32,000 bases of DNA, taken from positions 3,900,001 through 3,932,000 of the forward strand of contig NC_009664.2 in NCBI RefSeq assembly GCF_000017305.1, given 5' to 3'. The notes beneath the pieces were generated by a model that did no database searches, was not told the origin of the DNA, and worked only from the letters and a program-made list of their open reading frames with translations. The translations under genes and the position numbers were made by a program. Shown here one piece after another: positions 7,235 through 16,635 of the stretch (position 1 is its first letter; the number at the start of each line of letters is the position of its first letter). The stretch comes from Kineococcus radiotolerans SRS30216 = ATCC BAA-149. Lineage in GTDB: Bacteria > Actinomycetota > Actinomycetes > Actinomycetales > Kineococcaceae.

Positions 7235-7900
7235 TCAGTCGAGCAGTTCCGCCCGGGGCAGGGCCTGGAGGGCGAAGGGGTCGGTGACCCAGTCGTGGGC
7301 GTCGGGCAGCCAGTGCACCGCCGCCAGCATCGCGTCGGCCCAGGTGCCCAGCAGCTCGTCGAGACCCACGCGCCAGGAGTGCTGGTACCCCTCGCCGTCC
7401 TCGGACACCACGACCAGCTCGACGACGGTCCGGCTGGAGCCCAGGCGCACCGCGATGAGCTCCTCGTCGCGGGCGAACAGCGGCAGGAGCGCCGGCGGGG
7501 CGGCGAGACCCGGGCCCCGGCCGCTCGCGCGGCGGACGGCCTCGTCGAGGGTCAGGGGCACCCACCCGCCGGGACCGACGGTGGGGGCGCTGGTGCGGTA
7601 GGCCGTGCGCACCGGGTCCACCCCGTCGACGGCGCGCCACCAGGCCCGCGCCCCCCGCGGCATCAGCAGACCCAGCTGGCGCTCCACCGCGTCCAGCCGC
7701 GCCTCGTCGACGCCGGGACGCAGGTGGGCGGCGATGTCCGCGCCGCAGCGGGTCCACTGGGCCCGCAGGCGCTCGACGGTCCGCGTGACGCGGTCGGCCT
7801 CGGGGTCCGGCGCGGGGACGCGGGCCGCGGGGGCCGCGGCGGGGGCGCGGCGGGCGGCGCGGACCACGTGGTGGCGGTCGACGGGGGAGTTGGGTGTCAC
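7235..7900 (-). CDS. SMI1/KNR4 (SUKH-1)-like protein
   Basis: GC3 is very high. GTG 7900 is 4 nt after AGGAGG. The pattern LDAVERQLGLLMPRGARAWWRAVDG ... LLPLFARDEELIAVRLG ... VVELVVVSEDGEG resembles the SMI1_KNR4 fold signature. The family call is by eye only. Confidence 0.55.
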   Translation of the reverse strand: MTPNSPVDRHHVVRAARRAPAAAPAARVPAPDPEADRVTRTVERLRAQWTRCGADIAAHLRPGVDEARLDAVERQLGLLMPRGARAWWRAVDGVDPVRTAYRTSAPTVGPGGWVPLTLDEAVRRASGRGPGLAAPPALLPLFARDEELIAVRLGSSRTVVELVVVSEDGEGYQHSWRVGLDELLGTWADAMLAAVHWLPDAHDWVTDPFALQALPRAELLD

Positions 7901-8020
7901 GGAACCTCCTAGGGCCCGCGGACTGCGCGGGGGAACGGGGCGGCGTCCACGGGACCGACGCCGGGCACACCGGTGGAATGAAGGTAGGCGATCACCGGGT
8001 GTCCCGCACCTCGGACGTCG

Positions 8021-8060
8021 CCCGGCCCCGCGCGGTTCCCCCCGGCCCCGCGCGGTCCCC
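8021..8060. repeat. Tandem 20-bp direct repeat (2 copies, 19/20 identical), each holding the palindrome CCGCGCGG
   Basis: CCCGGCCCCGCGCGGTTCCC (8021-8040) followed by CCCGGCCCCGCGCGGTCCCC (8041-8060). It abuts the stop codon of the ParA-like gene. Confidence 0.8.
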
Positions 8061-8831
8061 TCAGGCCTGGAGCAGCACCCGGTCCAGGACCGCGTCGAAC
8101 TGCCCGGCCACGGCCTGCGCCGGGCGGGTCCGCAGCGCGTGCAGCGGGACCCCGGCGCCCTGCGACTGCGGCACCGCCACCCGGTCCGGCACGGGCTCCA
8201 GCACCAGGTCGCCGAAGAGGGACTGCAGCTCCTCGTAGCGGAAGCGCTGCTCCCCCGAGCGCGGGACGAACCGGTTGACGAGGATCCCCACCACCCGCGG
8301 GGCGTTGCGCAGGGCCCGCACCTCGCGCAGCGTCCGGTCCACGGCGGCCACCGAGAACCGGCTCGCGTCGGACACCACGAGCACCGCGTCCGCCGCCCGC
8401 CAGGCGGACCGGGTGAGCCCGTTGAGGGAGGGCGGGGTGTCCAGCAGCGCGAGGTCGTGGTCGTCGAGCTTGCGCAGCGCGCGGCGCAGCGCCGTCAACG
8501 CCTCCTCGTCCGACCCGGGGGCGTCCAGGTCCGCGGAGGCGTCGGAACCGGTGAGGACGTCGAGCAGCCCGGGCTGGTCGTCGACCCAGCCGCTGGGGGC
8601 CACGGCGTCCTCGGCCACGCGGCGCTTCGGGGTCCGCAGCACCGCGGCCACGTCGTGCTCGCGCTGCGCGATGACGTCCAGGCCGGAAGTCGCGTCGGCC
8701 TGCGGGTCGAGGTCGACGACGAGGGTGCTGGTCCCGCGGTGCAGGGCGGCCGAGGCCAGTCCCAGGACGACGGAGGTCTTGCCCACCCCACCCTTGGCGC
8801 TGCAGACGGCGAGGCTGATCACGGCGCACAA
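8061..8831 (-). CDS. ParA/MinD-family P-loop ATPase (orphan; no parB nearby)
   Basis: Deviant Walker A CSAKGGVGKTSV, LVVDLDPQADATSG, and ALLDTPPSLN (Walker B region). TTG 8831 is 5 nt after GGGAGGA. GTG 8822 is the alternative start. The longer ORF-track N-terminus (to 8987) would cover the riboswitch region. Confidence 0.85.
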   Translation of the reverse strand: MCAVISLAVCSAKGGVGKTSVVLGLASAALHRGTSTLVVDLDPQADATSGLDVIAQREHDVAAVLRTPKRRVAEDAVAPSGWVDDQPGLLDVLTGSDASADLDAPGSDEEALTALRRALRKLDDHDLALLDTPPSLNGLTRSAWRAADAVLVVSDASRFSVAAVDRTLREVRALRNAPRVVGILVNRFVPRSGEQRFRYEELQSLFGDLVLEPVPDRVAVPQSQGAGVPLHALRTRPAQAVAGQFDAVLDRVLLQA

Positions 8832-8897
8832 CCTATCCTCCCGGCCGCCTCGCCGAGGGTCCCGTACACTGGCGCCGCAGCAAGCACGGCCGTTCAG

Positions 8898-9086
8898 CTC
8901 GTGTGGGAGAGATCCGGGTCGGACCACGTCCGACCCGGGCGCCGAAGGGGCAACATCCCCGGAACCTCTCAGGCGGAAGGACCACACGGGATCAGGCCGG
9001 TCTGGAGCGCACCCGCGTCCACGGGTGGGTGACAGACGGGGAGGTCAGCACCACCCGTCGACCGCCGTCAGCGACCTCCGGAGCGC
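8898..9086 (+). promoter_or_regulatory. Glycine riboswitch (canonical aptamer 8898-8990 plus divergent downstream domain and expression platform)
   Basis: P1 CTCGTGTG (8898-8905) pairs with CACACGGG (8983-8990), with a GU wobble at 8899/8989. Also GGAGAG (8906-8911), an 11-bp P3 hairpin (8914-8938), CCGAAGGGGCAA (8942-8953) and CUCUCAGGCGGAAGGAC (8966-8982). It is located directly 5' of gcvP. Confidence 0.8.
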
Positions 9087-9089
9087 CCC

Positions 9090-11975
<2,886 letters not shown>

Positions 11976-11982
11976 GGGGGCG

Positions 11983-11998
11983 GTCCCCGGCCGGGGAC
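11983..11998 (+). terminator. 16-nt perfect palindrome GTCCCCGGCCGGGGAC between gcvP and the vanZ-like gene (hairpin, possible attenuator)
   Basis: The sequence is self-complementary and would form a 6-bp stem with a GGCC loop as RNA. There is no U-tract. Confidence 0.3.
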
Positions 11999-12008
11999 GA
12001 GGTGACCC

Positions 12009-12500
12009 GTGGGACGCGTACCGACCCTCCTCGTGGAGCACGCGGGGCTGGTCCCGGCGGCGCTGCTGCTGGTCGTCCTGGGCTGCGCGGGGGCGGGGTG
12101 GGTCGCGCGGGCCCGCCCGCGGGCGCTGCGGCGGCTGACGGGGCTGGCGCTGGTCCCGGTGCTGGGGCTGACGCTGGCCCCCGACGACCGCGGCCGGGTG
12201 CACGCCCGGTGCGAGGTCGCCTTCGCGCTGCCCTCGCCCGGCAGCGTCGAGCTGCTGGCCAACGTCGCGCTGTTCGTGCCGGTGGCGGTCTTCGCGGTGC
12301 TCCTGCTGCGGCGCCCGCTGCCGGTGGTCGCGGTCGGGTCGCTGCTCTCGGCGGGGATCGAGGGGGTGCAGGCGCTGGCCACGGGGCTGGGGCGCTCCTG
12401 CACGACGAACGACTGGGCGATGAACACGCTGGGCGCGGTCCTGGGGGTCGTCGCCGGGGTCGCGGTGCTGCGCGTTGGTAGGGTCGCGCCCGAGGGGTGA
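12009..12500 (+). CDS. VanZ-like family membrane protein
   Basis: LANVALFVPVAVFAVLLLRR ... SAGIEGVQAL ... RSCTTNDWAMNTLGAVLG matches the VanZ pattern (N..LF.P.G ... IE..Q ... D..D...N..G). It has four predicted TM segments. Confidence 0.7.
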   Translation: MGRVPTLLVEHAGLVPAALLLVVLGCAGAGWVARARPRALRRLTGLALVPVLGLTLAPDDRGRVHARCEVAFALPSPGSVELLANVALFVPVAVFAVLLLRRPLPVVAVGSLLSAGIEGVQALATGLGRSCTTNDWAMNTLGAVLGVVAGVAVLRVGRVAPEG

Positions 12501-12505
12501 TCACG

Positions 12506-12988
12506 ATGGAGTTCCTGGACGCGTTGCTGGACCGCAGCTGGCTGCTGTGGGTCGCGGCGGCCCTGGTCCTGGGGATCCTCGAGATCACCGCGATCGACCT
12601 GGTGTTCGCCATGCTCGCCGGCGGGGCCCTGGCCGGGGCGCTCGCCGACGCGCTGGGGCTCGGCTTCGTGGGGCAGGTGCTGGTCGCGGCCGCCGTGGCA
12701 GGTCTGCTGATCGGGACCATCCGTCCCGTCCTGCTGCGCCGGCTGCGGATGCCGCCGCTGGGGACCACGAACTCGGCCGCGCTGGTGGGCCGGGCCGCGC
12801 TCGTGCTCCAGCCGGTCACGGTGCGCGGGGGTCTGGTGAAGCTGGTCGGGGAGACGTGGTCGGCGCGTTCGACCGGGCCGGCGTTCGCCGAGGGCGAGGA
12901 CGTCGTCGTCACGGCCATCGACGGCGCCACCGCCGTCGTGGGGCCCCTCCCGGCCGAACCCGCCCAGCTCCCGGAGGAGAAGCCCTGA
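12506..12988 (+). CDS. nfeD: NfeD-family protein (short form, membrane anchor plus OB-fold)
   Basis: TM helices followed by a C-terminal GRAALVLQPVTVRGGLVKLVGETWSARS...GEDVVVTAIDGATAVV OB-fold motif. It sits directly upstream of an SPFH gene. ATG 12506 is 8 nt after GAGGGG. GTG 12497 (GTGA overlap with vanZ) is the alternative start. Confidence 0.8.
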   Translation: MEFLDALLDRSWLLWVAAALVLGILEITAIDLVFAMLAGGALAGALADALGLGFVGQVLVAAAVAGLLIGTIRPVLLRRLRMPPLGTTNSAALVGRAALVLQPVTVRGGLVKLVGETWSARSTGPAFAEGEDVVVTAIDGATAVVGPLPAEPAQLPEEKP

Positions 12989-14070
12989 TGGACAACGTCG
13001 TGACGCTGGTCGTCCTCGTCCTCGTCATCCTGTTCGTGGTGACGGTGATCATCCGGACGATCCGGATCGTCCCGCAGGCCACGGCCGTCATCGTCGAGCG
13101 CCTCGGCCGGTACTCCCGGACGCTGGAGGCGGGGCTGAACTTCCTCGTCCCCTTCATCGACAAGGTGCGCGCCAACGTGGACCTGCGCGAGCAGGTGGTC
13201 TCCTTCCCGCCGCAGCCGGTCATCACCTCCGACAACCTCGTCGTGAGCATCGACACCGTCATCTACTACCAGCCGACCGACCCGAAGTCGGCGACCTACG
13301 AGATCGCCAACTACATCCAGGGCATCGAGCAGCTCACCGTCACCACCCTGCGCAACGTCATCGGGTCCCTGGACCTCGAGCAGACCCTCACCAGCCGCGA
13401 CCAGATCAACGGGCAGCTGCGCGGGGTCCTCGACGAGGCCACCGGCCGCTGGGGGATCCGCGTGAACCGCGTGGAGCTGAAGGCGATCGACCCGCCGGCC
13501 AGCGTGCAGGACTCGATGGAGAAGCAGATGCGCGCCGAGCGCGACAAGCGCGCGGCGATCCTCACCGCGGAGGGTTTCAAGCAGTCGCAGATCCTCACCG
13601 CCGAGGGCGAGAAGCAGTCCTCGATCCTGCGGGCCGAGGGGTCGGCGCAGGCGGCGATCCTGGAGTCGCAGGGGCAGGCCAAGGCCATCACCCAGGTGTT
13701 CGACGCCATCCACCGCGGCGACCCGGACCCGAAGCTGCTGGCCTACCAGTACCTGCAGACGCTGCCGAAGATCGCCGAGGGCAGCGCGAACAAGGTCTGG
13801 ATCGTGCCGAGCGAGCTCAACGACGCCCTCAAGGGGTTCGGGTCGATGTTCGACGCCCACGGGGGCGGCTCCTCGGGGTCCGAGCGCACCCGGCGGCCGG
13901 AGCGCGAGAGCGCGCCGGCGCCGGAGACCGGTCTCGACGAGGTCGTCCTCGAGGACCCGGGCGAGGCGCTGAAGCGGGCGCGCGCGGAGGCCGCGGGAGC
14001 CGCGCGCGACGCGGAGGGCGTCACCCGCGACCTGCGGGGCACGGGGATGGACCCCGGCCCGCAGGCCTGA
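12988..14070 (+). CDS. SPFH/band-7 (stomatin/QmcA-like) membrane protein
   Basis: RIVPQATAVIVERLGRYSRTLEAGLNFLVPFIDKV ... TRDQINGQL ... WGIRVNRVELKAIDPP ... ERDKRAAILTAEG. ATG 12988 overlaps the nfeD TGA (TGATG) and is preceded by GGAGGAG. Confidence 0.92.
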   Translation: MDNVVTLVVLVLVILFVVTVIIRTIRIVPQATAVIVERLGRYSRTLEAGLNFLVPFIDKVRANVDLREQVVSFPPQPVITSDNLVVSIDTVIYYQPTDPKSATYEIANYIQGIEQLTVTTLRNVIGSLDLEQTLTSRDQINGQLRGVLDEATGRWGIRVNRVELKAIDPPASVQDSMEKQMRAERDKRAAILTAEGFKQSQILTAEGEKQSSILRAEGSAQAAILESQGQAKAITQVFDAIHRGDPDPKLLAYQYLQTLPKIAEGSANKVWIVPSELNDALKGFGSMFDAHGGGSSGSERTRRPERESAPAPETGLDEVVLEDPGEALKRARAEAAGAARDAEGVTRDLRGTGMDPGPQA

Positions 14071-14095
14071 CCCGCGCGGCGCCCCCGCCGGGGGA

Positions 14096-14112
14096 GGGCC
14101 GGTCACCGGCCC
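14096..14112. terminator. Short GC hairpin between convergent genes (possible bidirectional terminator)
   Basis: GGGCCGG-tca-CCGGCCC, flanked by G-rich and C-rich runs that can extend the stem imperfectly. Confidence 0.3.
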
Positions 14113-14115
14113 CCC

Positions 14116-14823
14116 TCACCTCGCCGCCGGGTGCACCGCCCGCCCGGGCCGGGGCCTGACCCGGACGTACCAGCGCCCGAACAGGGCGACGGCGGTGGCG
14201 ACCTCGACGACGTCACCGCCGTAGGCGAGCAGCTGCGCGCCCGCGCCGCCGCCGCGGGCGTAGAGGAGCTTGGCCAGGACGTCGTGGGCGGCGAAGACGA
14301 CGAGCAGGGCCGCGGCGCGGGGCAGGATCCCCGGCCGGTGCGGGACGGGGTCCGGCCCGACGAGGACGGCGCTGAACAACCACCCGGCGGCCACCATGTG
14401 CACCATCAGCAGCCCATGCAGCACCGGCGGGACCGGGACGAGGTAGTACACGTACAGGCCCCCCGCCTCCAGGGCGGTCGCCACCGGCAGGCGGGTCGCG
14501 AACCGCGCCCACCGGCTGTGCAGCACGACGAGCACCGCGGCGCGCACCCGCGCCGGGGCGGTGCGCAGCAGCAGGCTCACCGGGGCGGACAGGGCCAGCA
14601 GCAGCGGCGCCAGCATCGTCACCAGCAGGTGCACGACCGTGTCGTCGACGGCCCCGCGCACCGGCCACAGCCCCGCCCCCGCCACCGCGGCGACGGCGCC
14701 GACGGCCGCCGCGGAACGCCCCACCGGCCAGCGGTCCCCGCGCCGGTGCAGGCGCGACTCCGCCCCGAGGTACCCCGCCAGGAGGACGGCCGCCGCGCTC
14801 AGCAGCAGCCAGCCGGGGATCAC
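14116..14823 (-). CDS. Cytochrome c oxidase assembly factor CtaG-like (Caa3_CtaG family) membrane protein
   Basis: HLLVTMLAPLLLALSAPVSLLLRTAP and HGLLMVHMVAAGWLFSAVLVGPDPVPHRP resemble the actinobacterial CtaG-like motifs. GTG 14823 overlaps the DUF2243 TGA. The ORF-track extension to 14994 overlaps the DUF2243 CDS. Confidence 0.7.
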   Translation of the reverse strand: MIPGWLLLSAAAVLLAGYLGAESRLHRRGDRWPVGRSAAAVGAVAAVAGAGLWPVRGAVDDTVVHLLVTMLAPLLLALSAPVSLLLRTAPARVRAAVLVVLHSRWARFATRLPVATALEAGGLYVYYLVPVPPVLHGLLMVHMVAAGWLFSAVLVGPDPVPHRPGILPRAAALLVVFAAHDVLAKLLYARGGGAGAQLLAYGGDVVEVATAVALFGRWYVRVRPRPGRAVHPAAR

Positions 14824-15260
14824 CGCGCGCGCCGGCGCCCGGCCAGCAGGACCACCGTCCCCGCGACCACGCCGGCGGCCCCGGCCAGGTTCCAGGCCAG
14901 GTCGTAGGGCAGGAGGTCCACGCCGTAGCGGACCTGGTGCAGCCCGAGCACCTTGTGCTGGACCAGCCCGTCGTAGAGCTGGAACCCGCCCCACCCCAGC
15001 AGGGCGCCGCCCACCACCCGGGAGCGGACGCTCGCGCGCCGCCGCTGCAGGTCCGCGAAGAGGAACAGCCCCGCGACGATCGCCAGCCAGCTGAAGGCGT
15101 GGAACCAGCCGTCGGAGACCAGCCCCGCCGTCGACGTCGAGCGGTCGTAGAAGTGGTGCCAGTGCAGGATCTGGTGGAACACCACCTCGTCGACGAACCC
15201 GGCGACGCCGACGCCGATGAGCAGCCCGGCGCCCAGGGACCGGCGGGGCAGGTCAGGCAC
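14820..15260 (-). CDS. DUF2243 family membrane protein
   Basis: VVFHQILHWHHFYD and FQLYDGLVQHKVLGLHQVRYG are the motifs I associate with DUF2243. It usually pairs with a CtaG-like gene. GTG 15260 overlaps the upstream gene by 8 nt. Confidence 0.8.
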   Translation of the reverse strand: MPDLPRRSLGAGLLIGVGVAGFVDEVVFHQILHWHHFYDRSTSTAGLVSDGWFHAFSWLAIVAGLFLFADLQRRRASVRSRVVGGALLGWGGFQLYDGLVQHKVLGLHQVRYGVDLLPYDLAWNLAGAAGVVAGTVVLLAGRRRAR

Positions 15261-15756
15261 CCGGACGTCCCAGCACCTCGCGCACCGCCAGCCGGCGCAG
15301 GTGCTCGATCTCGGCGCGCTGGCTCTCCGCCCGCTGCGCGAGCTCCTCGAACACGTCGGGGTCCAGGCGCTCGTCGGTGAGGGCCACCTCGCGCAGGGTG
15401 CGCCACAGGGCCGCCTTGCCCTCCACCCCCAGGACCAGCGCTTCCAGCTCGACGACGGTGCGCAGCGGGGAGGGCCGCACGAGACGGCCGTTGGGCTTCA
15501 GCGCCCCCACCGCCTCCCCGGCCCGCGCCGCGAGCTGCAGCGGCCACTGCCGGCTCACGCCCAGCACCCGCATCCAGCGCACCAGCTGCCGGCGGTCCTC
15601 CACGACCTCCTGGTGCAGCCGGGTGAGCACCTCGCCGACCTCGGAGCCCCGGTGCGCCTGCGCGGAGCGCGCGAACCGGGCCGCCCCGGCCGACGAACCG
15701 GCCAGGTGGTCGTTGAGGTACACCGTCAGGTAGCGCTGTCGTTCGTGATCGTCCAC
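15253..15756 (-). CDS. Hypothetical protein (167 aa, predicted helical, soluble); first gene of the DUF2243/CtaG-like trio
   Basis: GC3 is above 90% from GTG 15756 to TGA 15253 and drops upstream of 15756. I recognise no family. The rest of the 960-aa ORF-track entry is an antisense shadow. Confidence 0.6.
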   Translation of the reverse strand: MDDHERQRYLTVYLNDHLAGSSAGAARFARSAQAHRGSEVGEVLTRLHQEVVEDRRQLVRWMRVLGVSRQWPLQLAARAGEAVGALKPNGRLVRPSPLRTVVELEALVLGVEGKAALWRTLREVALTDERLDPDVFEELAQRAESQRAEIEHLRRLAVREVLGRPGA

Positions 15757-15798
15757 ACCGGAGGAGTACCCGGTCCCCGCAGCGGGTAACCACACCAG

Positions 15799-16599
15799 GT
15801 GGACCCCCGACCCCTGTCCCTGACCTTCATCGGCACCGCCACCGTCCTGCTGCGCTGGGGCGAGCTGACGCTGCTGACCGACCCGAACTTCCTGCACCGC
15901 GGTCAGCTCGCCTACCTGGGCAAGGGGCTGGTCTCGCGCCGGCTCACCGAACCGGCGCTCGCGGTGGAGGACCTGCCGCCGCTGAGCGGGGTGGTCCTCT
16001 CCCACCTGCACGGGGACCACTTCGACCGGGTCGCCCGGCGCGGGCTGGACCGCTCCGTCCCGCTGCTGACGACACCGCACGCCCAGCGCCGCCTGGTGGG
16101 GCGCCACGGGTTCCGCGACGTGACGGGGCTGCGCACCTGGCAGGCGCGGACCCTGGTGGCGGGCGGGGACCAGGTCCGCGTCACCGCCGTCCCGGGCCGG
16201 CACGCCCCGGGTCCCTTCCAGGCCCTGCTGCCGCCGGTCATGGGCAGCGTGCTGGAGTTCGGCGAGGTCGGCGGGCCGGTGCAGCGGACGGTCTACCTGT
16301 CCGGGGACACCCTCGACGTCCCGGAGCTGCGGGAGGTCCCGGCCCGCTACCCGAGCGTCGACGTCGCCGTGCTGCACCTGGGCGGCACGACGCTGCCCGG
16401 TGGGCTGGTGGTCACCCTGGACGCGGTCGCGGGGGCCGACGTGCTGGAGCTGATCGACCCGGCGGCGGCGGTGCCGGTCCACTACGACGACTACGGCGTC
16501 TTCCGGTCCCCGCTGGCGGACTTCCGCGCCGAGGTCGACCGCCGCGGGCTGAGCGGGGTCGTCCGCTACGTGGGGCGGGGGGAGACCGCGCAGTTCTGA
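15799..16599 (+). CDS. MBL-fold metallo-hydrolase
   Basis: LTFIGTATVLLRWGELTLLTDPNF and the metal motif SHLHGDHFD. An in-frame TAA at 15787 fixes GTG 15799 as the start. Confidence 0.85.
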   Translation: MDPRPLSLTFIGTATVLLRWGELTLLTDPNFLHRGQLAYLGKGLVSRRLTEPALAVEDLPPLSGVVLSHLHGDHFDRVARRGLDRSVPLLTTPHAQRRLVGRHGFRDVTGLRTWQARTLVAGGDQVRVTAVPGRHAPGPFQALLPPVMGSVLEFGEVGGPVQRTVYLSGDTLDVPELREVPARYPSVDVAVLHLGGTTLPGGLVVTLDAVAGADVLELIDPAAAVPVHYDDYGVFRSPLADFRAEVDRRGLSGVVRYVGRGETAQF

Positions 16600-16635
16600 C
16601 GTGCCGGGGGGAGCGTCCGGCGCCACAGTGGGTCC

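Noticed and set aside
8021-8060. Possible CRISPR or MITE, given the 20-bp repeats
   Set aside because: There are only two directly abutting copies with no spacers. No cas genes, terminal inverted repeats or target-site duplication are present.
7964-8060. 6C small RNA (two hairpins with C-rich loops), which is often near ParA/Ssd-like genes
   Set aside because: Only one run of six C is present, and the second C-rich loop is missing. I cannot match the motif without a covariance-model search.
12475-12987. N-terminal extension of the SPFH ORF
   Set aside because: It overlaps the NfeD frame. The SPFH protein starts at ATG 12988, behind GGAGGAG, with the expected N-terminal TM helix.
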